Below are positions 1-10,536 of a DNA stretch of 31,473 nucleotides, in pieces. Location: contig JBNPEG010000123.1 of assembly GCA_051117555.1 (NCBI GenBank), positions 1 through 31,473 on the forward strand. Direction: 5' to 3'. Numbering within the stretch: position 1 is the stretch's first letter; each line of letters begins with the position of its first letter. Both the position numbers and the translations under genes were made by a program. The DNA comes from Elainellaceae cyanobacterium. Lineage in GTDB: Bacteria; Cyanobacteriota; Cyanobacteriia; CAZCXK01. The notes under the pieces are model-generated. The model did no database searches, was not told where the DNA came from, and worked only from the letters and a program-made list of their open reading frames with translations.

Positions 1-91
1 CTTAGTATCTTTTATAATAAGCGGATGTTTGGCGGCGCGCCCCTTAGAATTAGGATAGGAATAAGTAAATATACAGGGGTTTAAGAGCAAT

Positions 92-424
92 ATGTCAGGT
101 AGCAGCGAAACTGAAGCGTCTTCTGTTTTGTCTGAGCGGGAGTTGCAAATTGTTGAACTGGTGACTGCTGGCTTGACCAACCAGGAAATTGCAGAAAAGT
201 TGGAAATTAGTAAGCGCACCGTTGACAACCATATCAGTAACATTTTGACTAAAACCGCGACCGGTAATCGCGTAGCACTGGTGCGTTGGGCATTGCAGTG
301 GGGTAAAGTCTGCCTAGACCAAGTGAATTGCTGCACTCTGCCCTTAGTGGAAAAGAGCGGTATGGTGGTTAGCGATGCGGGTGATGGATCTGCTAATGAC
401 AGTGATGACTTACGCGTGAATTAG
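92..424 (+). CDS. pedR: Small LuxR-type HTH regulator, photosynthetic electron transport-dependent regulator PedR
   Basis: Stand-alone LuxR HTH (LSERELQIVELV..GLTNQEIA..L.IS.RTVDNHISNILTK) followed by the Cys-rich WGKVCLDQVNCC tail typical of cyanobacterial PedR. Confidence 0.85.
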   Translation: MSGSSETEASSVLSERELQIVELVTAGLTNQEIAEKLEISKRTVDNHISNILTKTATGNRVALVRWALQWGKVCLDQVNCCTLPLVEKSGMVVSDAGDGSANDSDDLRVN

Positions 425-426
425 TC

Positions 427-726
427 ATGATGGGCGAGTCAACCAATCCGACCACTCAGGCAGGAGCTATTCGATATCAAATCCGATGTCGGACATTGCC
501 GTTAGCCATCTATCGAGAAGCGGCAGCTCACCTCCGGCAGGTAGCTGGTGTTCGAGCAGGGTTGCTGACTCAGACCTTCCAAGAATTTGATTATGAACAA
601 AGTCAGGTAGGCGGGCTGTGGATCGAAATCTCAGGAGATGCCGATCGCCATTCTCATCATTGGGTCGAGCAAATCTTGACCTATTATGGCGATCGCCACG
701 GTGCATGGGAAACCGTAAAGCCTTAG
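427..726 (+). CDS. Conserved cyanobacterial hypothetical protein
   Basis: 99-aa ORF starting 2 nt after the pedR stop; LPLAIYRE.AAHLRQV.GV and F.Y.QSQVGGL motifs look like a conserved family. Confidence 0.7.
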   Translation: MMGESTNPTTQAGAIRYQIRCRTLPLAIYREAAAHLRQVAGVRAGLLTQTFQEFDYEQSQVGGLWIEISGDADRHSHHWVEQILTYYGDRHGAWETVKP

Positions 727-818
727 CATATCTGCGAGTCAGCTAAGCCAGATCCTCGGTCAAGTTGAATACTTAGCTAGACTGCCCATTAATAACGATT
801 GATATTGATAAAAATCTC

Positions 819-2114
819 ATGAGTGCGATTCAAGCAATTCGGGGAACGCGAGATATTTTGCCAGATGAAATCCGATACTGGCAGTTTATTGAGGCGATCG
901 CCAAAACCACATTTGATCGAGCCGCATACGCTGAAATTCGGACGCCTATTTTTGAACAAACGAGTCTGTTTGAACGCGGCATCGGAGAAGCAACCGACGT
1001 GGTTGGAAAGGAAATGTATACCTTTCAAGATCGAGGGGAGCGGCTGATTACCCTCCGCCCTGAAAATACGGCGGGTGTAGTGCGGTCGTTCATCGAACAC
1101 AATTTATATGCCCGGGGCGGAGTCCAGCGGTTGTGGTATGGCGGTCCTATGTTTCGATATGAACGTCCCCAAGCCGGTCGTCAACGACAGTTTCATCAGA
1201 TTGGAGTAGAAGTGCTCGGCAGCGCTGATCCGCGAGCAGATGCAGAAGTGATTGCGGTCGCGACAGACATGCTGCGATCCTTAGGGCTAAAAACGCTACG
1301 CCTAGAAATCAACTCGATCGGAGATGCGGGCGATCGCCAGCGCTATCGGCACGCACTCGTTGAGTATCTGACACCTTATAAAGACGAGCTTGATCCCGAT
1401 TCTCAGGATCGATTAACCCGCAATCCTCTCCGCATTCTTGATACTAAAGTCAAGCGTACGCAAGAGATTTTAAGAGATGCTCCCACTATGTCGGAGCATT
1501 TAAGTCCAGACTCTCAGCGTCGATCAGACCAAGTTCAGACGTTACTGGCAAGTCTAGGCATCCCTTTTAATGTCAATGCTCGGCTCGTGCGCGGTCTAGA
1601 CTATTACACGCATACGGTGTTTGAAATTCAATCCGACGATCTAGGAGCCCAAGCGACCGTTTGTGCAGGGGGTCGCTATGACGGGCTCGTCGCCCAACTC
1701 GGTGGGCCAGATACGCCTGCGGTGGGTTGGGCAAGCGGCATCGAACGGCTGATCATTCTTCTGCAATCGCTTCAACCCATGCCATCCCCAGAGCTCGATT
1801 TCTATGTCGTCTCACGGGGCGATCGCGCTGAGGCTCAAGCGTTAGAGCTATCTCAGCGTCTACGACAAATAGGGTTTGCAGTCGAAATCGATCTGAGCAG
1901 CAGCGCGTTTGGCAAACAGTTTAAGCGCGCTGATCGCAGTGGGGCGGTTGCGTGTTTAATTTTGGGAGATGCTGAAGCAGACCAAAAAATGGCGCAGCTA
2001 AAATGGCTCAAAACAGGTGAGCAAGAAGCGATCGCCCAGTCTGAGCTAATCGATTCGGCCCATCACATCCGCGATCGCCTCGCAGCCCAGCGAACTCAGG
2101 CTACAGCGAGCTAG
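819..2114 (+). CDS. hisS: Histidine--tRNA ligase
   Basis: [40 protein letters not shown] and GGRYDGL class II HisRS motifs. Confidence 0.98.
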   Translation: MSAIQAIRGTRDILPDEIRYWQFIEAIAKTTFDRAAYAEIRTPIFEQTSLFERGIGEATDVVGKEMYTFQDRGERLITLRPENTAGVVRSFIEHNLYARGGVQRLWYGGPMFRYERPQAGRQRQFHQIGVEVLGSADPRADAEVIAVATDMLRSLGLKTLRLEINSIGDAGDRQRYRHALVEYLTPYKDELDPDSQDRLTRNPLRILDTKVKRTQEILRDAPTMSEHLSPDSQRRSDQVQTLLASLGIPFNVNARLVRGLDYYTHTVFEIQSDDLGAQATVCAGGRYDGLVAQLGGPDTPAVGWASGIERLIILLQSLQPMPSPELDFYVVSRGDRAEAQALELSQRLRQIGFAVEIDLSSSAFGKQFKRADRSGAVACLILGDAEADQKMAQLKWLKTGEQEAIAQSELIDSAHHIRDRLAAQRTQATAS

Positions 2115-2877
2115 AATCGAGGCTTTCAGCTTCTCCAGGCGTTTGGGGTAGGTGAAGGCCACATTCTTGCTTGAGTCCTTGAAACCGAGTGTCGCGCTCA
2201 TTCGCATCATCAGCCATCAGCGGACGACTCGAATGCCAATCTCCCACAGTGACGTAGCCTTCATCAAACATGGGATGGTAAGGCAAATTGTGAGCCATCA
2301 AATAGTCATACACATCTTTTGAATGCCAATACAAAATGGGTGAAATCTTGTAAACGCCCGCTTGTCGCCCAACTAGACTCATCGTTTTCCGATGCTCAGT
2401 TTGATCTGCCCGTAGCCCAGCCAGCCATGCGGTTGCATTGAGGTCTTGCAGCGCTCTCTGCATAGGTTCTACTTTGCGAATCTGATCATAACGATTGAGA
2501 GACTCCATGTCATTTTGTGCCCAGAGCCGCCCGTGAATGGCTTCCATGCGCGCCGGACTCATCGGAGACTGATATACCTTGAGATTGAGCTCTAACCGCT
2601 CGGTCAGGTCTTCAGCAAACCGATACGTCTTGGCAGGTAGATAGCCCGTATCTACCCAAATAACTGGAATGTCAGGAACAATGCGCGTTACCAAGTGCAG
2701 CATAACCGCAGACTGAATTCCGAAGCTAGTGCTCATGACTAGCCCCTCTTCGAACGTTTCGGCTGACCACTTTACAATATGAGTTGCATCTTTAGTCGCA
2801 CGTTGATCGCCTAACTGCTGGTTAATTACATCTAGGTCTAAATCGGGTTTCTCCAGCGTTACACCCACCATAGGCAT
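2101..2877 (-). CDS. cysH: Phosphoadenosine phosphosulfate (PAPS) reductase
   Basis: STSFG, DTGY, RKVEP, GLRADQ and C-terminal ECGLH motifs; no CC...CxxC Fe-S motif, so PAPS rather than APS type. Confidence 0.95.
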   Translation of the reverse strand: MPMVGVTLEKPDLDLDVINQQLGDQRATKDATHIVKWSAETFEEGLVMSTSFGIQSAVMLHLVTRIVPDIPVIWVDTGYLPAKTYRFAEDLTERLELNLKVYQSPMSPARMEAIHGRLWAQNDMESLNRYDQIRKVEPMQRALQDLNATAWLAGLRADQTEHRKTMSLVGRQAGVYKISPILYWHSKDVYDYLMAHNLPYHPMFDEGYVTVGDWHSSRPLMADDANERDTRFQGLKQECGLHLPQTPGEAESLDSSSL

Positions 2878-2995
2878 TCTGCGTATTGGTACAAAACTAG
2901 TCTCTCAGACTTGCACTAAAAGACTCTCAGAGCCGCCTTAATCGTTGCTGATAACTTCCAATTAGTCAGCAGTATCGATTTTACGACGGTATCAG

Positions 2996-3037
2996 TTTTT
3001 CGCCAGTCATTTTTCGCCAGTCATTTTTCGCCAGTCA
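2996..3037. repeat. Tandem repeat (TTTTTCGCCAGTCA)x3
   Basis: Three perfect 14-bp copies in the cysH / EamA divergent intergenic region. Confidence 0.95.
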
Positions 3038-3276
3038 ATAGATTGACAGTAGCTCAGTTGGCGCCACGAATCAATATTCCACCGACCCATCTTGCGGCAT
3101 TCGGATTGACTTAAACACAATCCCTATTTGAGAAAATGGGTGCATTGTTCTAATCTGGCTCATCTTCTGCCCCCTCTAAGGGCTATCAGTTTCGATCCTA
3201 GCTTAGGATTGATTTTCTATTTAATTCACCCATGCGAAATACTTGAACAGTAGATGTTCATTTTGTATAAAGTATC

Positions 3277-4209
3277 ATGAGCGATCCCCCGTCAGGTGTG
3301 TCTGCTAAGCCTGCTCACTGGATCATCGCGCTAATTGTTGGCATTGGAGTTCTCGCGGTCTCGACGTCTGCAATTTTTGTTCGATTGTCCCTTCAAGCAT
3401 CGAGTTCGGGAGGCATCGGATTTAGTTTAGTACTGGCTGCGTCTCGATTGGCGATCGCCTCCCTATTACTCCTACCCGCCTGGAGAAATTTTTGCGGGGC
3501 CTCCTTTGAGCGCCGCGCCATTTATTACTCAGGTGCTGCCGGAATTTTTTTAGCAGTTCACTTTGCCACGTGGATTACGTCTCTGTCTTACACGTCAATT
3601 GCAGCATCCACAACTCTTGTGACCACTAACCCCATCTGGATAGCACTCCTATCGTGGGCTTGGTTTAACGAAAAGCCAACCATGCTAACGGGATTGGGTA
3701 TAGCTATTGCGGTCGCGGGTGGAATCATGATTAGTCTGGGAGAAACAGGTAACGCCAGCTTAGGGAACAATCCCCTCCTGGGAAATGGGCTGGCGCTGGT
3801 GGGAGCGTGGTCTGTGAGTGTCTATTTTTTGCTGGGGAGAGAGGCACAGCGTTGGGGGCTAAGTATTAGTAGCCATGTCGCTCTGGTATATACAGTCGCA
3901 GCCGTGATATTGGTGCCGCTCCCGTTTATCGTGGGGACAAGCTATCTGGGGTATTCTGTGCCAGTCTATGGCTACATCGCCTTGATGGCGTTGTTTCCCC
4001 AATTGATTGGTCATACCAGCTTCAACTGGGCAGTGCGATGGGTATCGCCGACGCTCGTCACATTAATGATCCTATTAGAGCCTATTGGGGCGGGCATCTT
4101 GGGCGTTATCCTCTTTGATGAAATTCCAAACGGATGGGTGCTAGGAGGCGCAGGGATAATTCTTGGAGGCGTGGCGATCGCCATTCTTGGGACCCGCCCC
4201 CCCGCCTAA
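3277..4209 (+). CDS. EamA/DMT family transporter
   Basis: About 10 hydrophobic segments in two EamA-like halves; SLSYTSIA and LLEPIGA motifs. Confidence 0.9.
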   Translation: MSDPPSGVSAKPAHWIIALIVGIGVLAVSTSAIFVRLSLQASSSGGIGFSLVLAASRLAIASLLLLPAWRNFCGASFERRAIYYSGAAGIFLAVHFATWITSLSYTSIAASTTLVTTNPIWIALLSWAWFNEKPTMLTGLGIAIAVAGGIMISLGETGNASLGNNPLLGNGLALVGAWSVSVYFLLGREAQRWGLSISSHVALVYTVAAVILVPLPFIVGTSYLGYSVPVYGYIALMALFPQLIGHTSFNWAVRWVSPTLVTLMILLEPIGAGILGVILFDEIPNGWVLGGAGIILGGVAIAILGTRPPA

Positions 4210-4273
4210 ATCCTCATCGACCTAAAACTGGGCAGACTGTCACTCCCGAAACGATCAGATGCGCCTAGATTGA

Positions 4274-4301
4274 CCAATATAGTACATAGATACTATATTG
4301 G
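4274..4301. promoter_or_regulatory. Palindromic operator containing a cyanobacterial LexA-box-like core
   Basis: CCAATATAGTA-cataga-TACTATATTGG is a perfect 11-bp inverted repeat; core AGTAC-ATAG-ATACT is one mismatch from AGTAC-N4-GTACT. Confidence 0.6.
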
Positions 4302-4348
4302 ACTTATATTTCTGACGAACATCTGCTCAAGCTATCTTTAGAAGCGCT

Positions 4349-4753
4349 ATGCCTACCTTAGCCCAAACTTCAGATGCACCTCCTCAACCTGACTCAATGA
4401 GCGGAGCATGGTCAACGGTTCGGTTTCGGCGTGCAAAAAACGCAAAGGCATGGGCGCTACTCGGCATTCCCAGTCAAATTTATCCGATCGTAACGTATCG
4501 CCTCTTTGAGCTACGAGCACGGTTTATCGATAAGTATGAAGATGGGCAGTTTATTAGCGTATTGTTTGAAGCGCCTCCTGCCCTGGCGGCTAGGTTGGCG
4601 CTAGCGTTTCCTGCCCCCCCTGGCTGCGACACATTGAGTATCGCAGAGGGAGGCGATCGCATTTTATCGGGTCGGGCTGCCAACTCCACAAAAGCTCGTC
4701 GTCAAGCTCTAGATCCGATTGATCAATCCAGAAACGCACTCGGTTCTTCGTGA
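4349..4753 (+). CDS. Hypothetical protein
   Basis: 134-aa ATG ORF filling the gap; central region (IYPIVTYRLFELRARFIDKY) looks globular; no family recognised. Confidence 0.6.
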   Translation: MPTLAQTSDAPPQPDSMSGAWSTVRFRRAKNAKAWALLGIPSQIYPIVTYRLFELRARFIDKYEDGQFISVLFEAPPALAARLALAFPAPPGCDTLSIAEGGDRILSGRAANSTKARRQALDPIDQSRNALGSS

Positions 4754-4919
4754 GCGATAGAGCCCACTCAGCGATACCGCCAGAGGAATCAATGGCAAAA
4801 AAGCTGTGTAAATCATCGGGTTTGCGCATCGCTCTAACCAATCATTAAGCTTTTATGGTGAAGATAAGTCGGGGCATAGCGATGTCCAACAATGACCATC
4901 CAGCGATCGCCTGGATAAA

Positions 4920-5009
4920 TATAGCAATTTTCGGGTTAAGTGCAGACATGGTGCATGGGGTGCGGCGCGCTCTACACCACCGTGCTTAACCCAAGCGCAT
5001 ACCGCTATA
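4920..5009. mobile_element. MITE-like dispersed repeat, copy A (TATAGC...GCTATA ends)
   Basis: Inverted ends TATAGC/GCTATA plus internal GGGTTAAG/CTTAACCC; full-length similarity to 18523-18610. Confidence 0.7.
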
Positions 5010-5055
5010 GTCGTTGGATAATCGAGTCATCTGTAATTTGCTTCTTGACTACACC

Positions 5056-7077
5056 ATGAGTATGATTGCCTTCGGACGCGACATTTGTAGCGACCTTACC
5101 CTCTCAGAACAGCGAGAGTGGCTCGTCACCAACGGCATCGGAGGATATGCCTGCGGAACAATATCAGGACTCTTAACCCGCTGCTATCACGGGTCGCTGA
5201 CAGCCGCCCTCAATCCACCATTGGGACGGACGCTGCTGGTTTCTAAATTAGAAGAAACTGTTCACTACGGGGGCGATCGCATCCCTCTGAGCACCAATCG
5301 CTGGGCTGACGGAAGCATTGCACCTCACGGGTACATTCACATCGAAGCATTTTACCTGGATGGCGCGATCCCGGTCTGGAATTTTGCGTGTCGAGATGCA
5401 CTGCTTGAAAAACGAGTTTGGATGGAGCAGGGGGCCAATACAACCTATGTGCGGTATCAGCTCCATCGCGCCACTCAGCCCCTCACACTCACTCTCAAGG
5501 TATTGGTCAACTATCGAGACTATCACCAGACAACTCAAGCGAATGGTTGGCGGATGAATATTACTCCTATCGAGCAGGGTGTCAAAGTCCATGCATTTGA
5601 CCAAGCAACGCCGTTTTACCTATGGGCGGATAAAGGCACCCTGTTAGAAGCTCATGACTGGTATTACGGATTTGACCTGGCCATCGAACGATACAGAGGA
5701 TTGGGCGATCGCGACGATCATCTCCATGCTGCCACACTTCAAGTGGTGCTTAGTCCGGGAGATGCCATCTCAATGGTTGCAAGCACTGACCCATACGCGA
5801 ATACCGACGGAACCGTCGCTCTAGCCTCCCGGCATCAGTATGAACTCGGACTCCTAAATCGTTGGTCATCGACACCGTATCTGATCACTGAGAATGCTCC
5901 CGACTGGATCAAACAGCTTGTTTTGGCAGCTGATCAATTTATTGTCGATCGCCCTCTGCTCAATCAGCCCGATGGCAAAACGATTATTGCAGGCTATCCC
6001 TGGTTCGGTGACTGGGGACGAGATACGATGATTAGCCTTGCTGGGCTTACCGTCTACACGGGCAGACCCGAGATTGCTCGACCCATTTTGCGAACGTTTG
6101 CTCACTATATTGATCAGGGAATGTTGCCTAATGTGTTTCCTGATGCAGGTGAAACCCCAGACTATAACACCATCGATGCCACTCTTTGGTATTTTGAAGC
6201 CATTTGGTCCTATTACACCGCAACCCGCGACGACGACTTGTTAGACGAGCTATTTCCAGCACTCGCGGATATCATTCACTGGCATCAGCATGGAACTCGC
6301 CACAATATTCACTGGGACTCTACCGATGGATTGCTATATGGAGGAGAATCTGGCGTTCAACTCACGTGGATGGATGCCAAAGTTGATGATTGGGTTGTCA
6401 CTCCCCGAGTGGGCAAGCCAGTCGAGGTCAATGCGCTCTGGCATAATGCGTTAGGGATTATGGCTGCGATCGCCAACATTTTAGATAAACCCCACGACAC
6501 CTACCAGCAGCTCGCCCAACAAACAGCACACGGATTTTCTCGCTTCTGGAATTCTCGAATGGGATATTGCTATGACGTGATTGATACTCCAACCGGAAAC
6601 GACGAGTCCCTTCGCCCCAACCAGATCTTTGCCATTTCCCTATCAAGTTCGCGATCGCCTGCCCTTATCCCCCTACTGTCGGCGGATCGACAACGCTGCG
6701 TTCTTAATGCATGTAGCCAAGCCCTGCTAACGTCTCATGGGCTACGATCCCTTGCCCCCCACGACTTACACTATCAAGGACAATATGGCGGCAACCGACA
6801 TCAGCGAGATGGAGCTTACCATCAAGGCACTGTATGGGGATGGCTTCTTGGCCCCATGGCGATCGCTCACTTACAAATTTACCAAAACCCAATCCAAGCT
6901 CAGCAAATACTCTCACCCTTTGCAAATCATCTTCAATCTCATTGCGTGGGTAACCTAAGCGAAATCTTTGATGGAGATGCCCCCATGACTCCGCGCGGCG
7001 CATTTGCACAAGCTTGGACGGTTGCAGAAATCCTAAGAGCGTGGCTAGCAGTCGAAGCCGCAAACCAGCAAGCTTAA
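5056..7077 (+). CDS. Amylo-alpha-1,6-glucosidase / glycogen debranching enzyme (GDE_N + GDE_C)
   Basis: REWLVTNGIGGYA N-domain; AGYPWFGDWGRDT, QLTWMDAK, GKPVEVNALW, YHQGTVW and AQAWTVAE motifs. Start moved to the ATG at 5056. Confidence 0.93.
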   Translation: MSMIAFGRDICSDLTLSEQREWLVTNGIGGYACGTISGLLTRCYHGSLTAALNPPLGRTLLVSKLEETVHYGGDRIPLSTNRWADGSIAPHGYIHIEAFYLDGAIPVWNFACRDALLEKRVWMEQGANTTYVRYQLHRATQPLTLTLKVLVNYRDYHQTTQANGWRMNITPIEQGVKVHAFDQATPFYLWADKGTLLEAHDWYYGFDLAIERYRGLGDRDDHLHAATLQVVLSPGDAISMVASTDPYANTDGTVALASRHQYELGLLNRWSSTPYLITENAPDWIKQLVLAADQFIVDRPLLNQPDGKTIIAGYPWFGDWGRDTMISLAGLTVYTGRPEIARPILRTFAHYIDQGMLPNVFPDAGETPDYNTIDATLWYFEAIWSYYTATRDDDLLDELFPALADIIHWHQHGTRHNIHWDSTDGLLYGGESGVQLTWMDAKVDDWVVTPRVGKPVEVNALWHNALGIMAAIANILDKPHDTYQQLAQQTAHGFSRFWNSRMGYCYDVIDTPTGNDESLRPNQIFAISLSSSRSPALIPLLSADRQRCVLNACSQALLTSHGLRSLAPHDLHYQGQYGGNRHQRDGAYHQGTVWGWLLGPMAIAHLQIYQNPIQAQQILSPFANHLQSHCVGNLSEIFDGDAPMTPRGAFAQAWTVAEILRAWLAVEAANQQA

Positions 7078-7081
7078 GACA

Positions 7082-7459
7082 CTATGACTTAGCGTGGTTA
7101 AGTGGCAAATGTTGGCCATTATTCCCAACATATTCATCCCAAAGACTAGCTAACTCACGGGCTTGCCCCTGCCACTCTGGCTTGATTTGATACATTCGCC
7201 GGGGGCGACCTCGACCCTCTACCTTTTTCCAATAGCCTGTAATAGCGTCCTTGTCTTCGAGAAACTTCAAAGCACTATACAGAACAGTATCTGAAAGGCG
7301 GTATGTCGGGTATTCGTTTTCAAGGAGTTGAATCAGTTCTGTCCCATACGAATCTCGACGAAGCAAAACAGCCAGAACATAACAGACTGCTAGTTCTTTA
7401 TTGAGATAGAAGGGTGGGGGATTACGAAAAAACTGATAAATATCTTCAAATGATGTCAT
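7082..7459 (-). CDS. pex: PadR-family circadian period extender Pex
   Basis: YL.KELAVCY.L.VL...DSYGTELI, RLSDTVLYSAL.FL and GRGRPRRMY signature; start moved to the ATG at 7459. Confidence 0.88.
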   Translation of the reverse strand: MTSFEDIYQFFRNPPPFYLNKELAVCYVLAVLLRRDSYGTELIQLLENEYPTYRLSDTVLYSALKFLEDKDAITGYWKKVEGRGRPRRMYQIKPEWQGQARELASLWDEYVGNNGQHLPLNHAKS

Positions 7460-8592
7460 CTGGTTCCTCCCAACCGTTAACGAACCAATTGATTTTGATT
7501 GCATTGTCATATTGAAATAAATCAATAGGTGGTCAATATTTTAATGTGTATCTGCGTGAGGTTCATCCTGCTGTCGGGTGATATTAAGAATTAACTTGAT
7601 TCCCAACATTACAACTCTATACCCTTAGACTGATGATCTTTTAAATCTACATATGCTGTAGCAATTAACAACAGGTGTGAGATTTTTCGGCAGACAACCA
7701 TTAATAATTCTAGTCAGCTAAATTGAGGTTTGTGTTCCCCAAATTCGTTATCTTTTTTTGATTACGCCCTATTAGAATATCTGATTGAGACAATAGTCTG
7801 TGTCCATTAACGTGTATACCATCCGTATTACCTTCTGTAATACCAGCCTCAAAATTATTGGTGTGATTAGTCATGTCTCGATAGGGGTTTAGAGGAGCTA
7901 TTTAAGTAATGCAAATTAGAATATTTGTTCCAGATCCAAAAAAGAGCTGACATGCACAGTTTTCGATATTAATGTTTTCAAAACCCAGGTCATCTAACCG
8001 GAAATAAGCTCAGAGATTTTACAGGTTCCATCCTGGATTTTCTTCAAAAGAATCTGTCTATGTAACCCAAATTGTAAATTCAATGATGAAGAGTTTATGA
8101 GTTACTAATATCATTTCTATGCAATTCGCAAAGTCTGCTCAGCACTATATATCACAGTTGAATGTATGGAGGAAGAGGGAAGTGAGACCGCATTGAATCA
8201 CTACACGGTACAACCCCCGAATTTAAAGAATTAGGTCGAAATCGTCTGCTTATCGGGAACCTGAAACGGGTAGGTTTTTCCTGGGTAAGCGCGTCAAAGC
8301 AGTCCCAAATCATTCGTAGACCCTATCTTTAGGGGACAACGATGGGCTTAAGCCTGCCGTTCATATGGCAGAGCGGGGAAATACCCTGCGATAACACGTC
8401 GCAACGAGTCGCCAGCATTAAAAATCTGTCGGTCAGAAAACTTGCCAACAAAAATAGATGGAACTGTCTTGTTTCGCTTGCCTAGACCAGTCAATGTGAC
8501 GACTATGGCAACCAAAAAGTTCATGAATAACAAAAATGGACTTCTAGAATTACTGACTCAATGTCCTTGATTCGTGTAGCGATTCATTCTAG

Positions 8593-8743
8593 GAGGATGT
8601 TTTAAAGGTCCTATTTTTGTTGCCTTAGCGACTAAAGTCGCAGGCTACACAGACAAAAAACCGTTGGTTTTGCTGGAGTCCGCCGCGGCGGACTTTGTTT
8701 GTATAGGCGCGGTTTAACCGCCGGCCCCCTTTAAAGCATCCTC
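8593..8743. mobile_element. MITE with 16-bp terminal inverted repeats and internal REP-like hairpins
   Basis: GAGGATGTTTTAAAGG ... CCTTTAAAGCATCCTC (15/16 match); internal perfect palindrome AGTCCGCCGCGGCGGACT at 8677-8694; no ORF. Confidence 0.8.
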
Positions 8744-8808
8744 TAAGTCCACTAGCACAGAAGCATTCTAAGGTATCGCCACTCCTGAAAATATGCGTTC
8801 TGGCTCAC

Positions 8809-9471
8809 TTAAACCAAACCTGCCCGCAAAGCTACAACAGCCGCCTGCACTCGATCATCTACAGCCAGCTTATTCATAATGCCGCGCACGTGAGTCTTTA
8901 CCGTGTTCGGGCTAAGATAGAGGGCCGCTGCAATTTCAGGATTGCTCAGTCCATCGACCATTAGCTTTAAGACTTCCATTTCCCGCTGGGAAAGCTGACC
9001 AATTGTTACAGAATCATCCGTTGACGACGGTACCCTGAGGTGATCCATGACTCGACGAGCTACCTGCGGATCGAGATAGCTGGCTCCTTCTTGAGCTGCT
9101 AAAATAGCCGTCAGTAAGCTTTCGACGCTAGTTCCCTTAACGCAATACGCATCAGCCCCGCTAGAGAGCGCACCAATTACTTCATTCTCAGTCGTATGGG
9201 ACGTGAGCATCACGATATGCACATCTGGCAGTGCCTCTTTGATCTTTTGGGTTGCTGCAATCCCGTCTAGGCGAGGTAAACCGATATCCATAACGACAAC
9301 ATCAGGTTTCAGCTTGAGCGTTTCTTCGACAGCAAGATATCCATCATCTGCATGACCGACAATAGTGATATCAGGGCGTGATCCCAACGATTGCTCTAGC
9401 CCCAACTGCATCATTGGATCATCTTCAACAATCAAAACTTTGATAGGTGACGACTCGGAGGACATATTCAT
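8809..9471 (-). CDS. NarL/FixJ-family response regulator (REC + LuxR HTH), no adjacent kinase
   Basis: VLIVEDD, VVMDIGLP..DG and K receiver residues; LSQREMEVL...TVKTHV HTH. Confidence 0.93.
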   Translation of the reverse strand: MNMSSESSPIKVLIVEDDPMMQLGLEQSLGSRPDITIVGHADDGYLAVEETLKLKPDVVVMDIGLPRLDGIAATQKIKEALPDVHIVMLTSHTTENEVIGALSSGADAYCVKGTSVESLLTAILAAQEGASYLDPQVARRVMDHLRVPSSTDDSVTIGQLSQREMEVLKLMVDGLSNPEIAAALYLSPNTVKTHVRGIMNKLAVDDRVQAAVVALRAGLV

Positions 9472-9588
9472 AGGGAACCTTTACGTGAATTCGTGAGCGG
9501 TAACTTTAGATAGGTTGGCATAATAAAAGTCAATATATGGTTCAGATTACTCTAATTCCGACTGCCAATGGAATAGAGAAAAACCAAA

Positions 9589-9681
9589 TATAGTAACTTG
9601 TAATTGCGTCAAGTACAGAAACGGTGGTGGGGCGATCGCCCCACCACTCACACAATTCACAAGCGATTTAGGATCGCTATA
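9589..9681. mobile_element. MITE-like dispersed repeat, copy B, with HIP1-centred hairpin
   Basis: TATAGT...GCTATA ends; hairpin GTGGTGGGGC-GATC-GCCCCCACCAC; 9657-9678 is the exact reverse complement of 15850-15871. Confidence 0.7.
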
Positions 9682-9738
9682 GAATCGAACGGTTTTTTAA
9701 TCGGTTACGTGGACTCCGAATCACAGAGACCGCAAAAT

Positions 9739-10485
9739 CTATGGGCTCAGCCAAACGGCCACTCTATAAAAAATCGGAGCGATCGCCAGGGCAGGCAAAA
9801 ATGATGCCACTCTAACATGAGCGATATTGAGTAAATTGAGTCCCAATCCCAAAATCATCAGCCCCCCGACTCCAGTGATCAGTAAGACATGAGGGTTGGT
9901 AGCCGGATCAGGCAGAGCTTGAGCGAGTAACCCGGCAGCGAGTGAAACACCTCCTTGATAAACAATCACGATTAGGGTTGAAAAACCGACACCAACTCCA
10001 AAGCTGCTGGTGAGGGCGATCGCCGCTAAACCGTCCATCGACGCTTTAAGAGTCAGGAGCGTATTATCTCCCGTAAGACCATTATTAATACTCCCAATCA
10101 ACGTTAATGGGCCTACGCAAAACAATAAACTGGCAGCAACAAACCCCTCAGTAAAACTCCCCTTCCCTTTAAATCGTGACTTCAGCCAATCCCCAATCGT
10201 TTCGAGTTTGGCTTCAAGTTGCCCCCATTCTCCGAGCAGCCCACCTATGACAATTGCCAGCAACCCTAAAATGATGCCGTCTATCAGCCCTCCCTGAACC
10301 GTGGTCAGACGTGTTGCCATCTGCATCCCAATGAGCAAAGTAATCAGCCCAACGCCTTGAGTAATGATCTGCTTCATTCTCACGGGTAAACGCCCCCGCA
10401 GCCCCAAGCCAATTGCAGTGCCCATCAGAATGGTTATGACATTAATCCACGTTCCACTGGTTTTCACCCAAAAATTGATGGTCAA
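9739..10485 (-). CDS. DUF554 family membrane protein
   Basis: GTWIN...I..G..IG, F.EGFV.ASLLFCVG and K...DG motifs; multi-pass hydrophobic. Confidence 0.88.
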   Translation of the reverse strand: MTINFWVKTSGTWINVITILMGTAIGLGLRGRLPVRMKQIITQGVGLITLLIGMQMATRLTTVQGGLIDGIILGLLAIVIGGLLGEWGQLEAKLETIGDWLKSRFKGKGSFTEGFVAASLLFCVGPLTLIGSINNGLTGDNTLLTLKASMDGLAAIALTSSFGVGVGFSTLIVIVYQGGVSLAAGLLAQALPDPATNPHVLLITGVGGLMILGLGLNLLNIAHVRVASFLPALAIAPIFYRVAVWLSP

Positions 10486-10536
10486 ACCAAGTGCACGCTC
10501 CGATCAATTTTCATGAATCTTACAAATCCTATGAAT

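Noticed and set aside
2101..2114. hisS / cysH 14-bp convergent overlap
   Set aside because: Short tail-to-tail overlaps are common, and nothing else suggests a function.
3049..3062. tRNA-like GTAGCTCAGTTGG
   Set aside because: No closing D-stem, anticodon arm, T-arm or acceptor stem follows.
8240..8340. Possible c-di-GMP or c-di-AMP riboswitch (GAAA and CAAAGC words)
   Set aside because: The required stems and motif order could not be built by eye.
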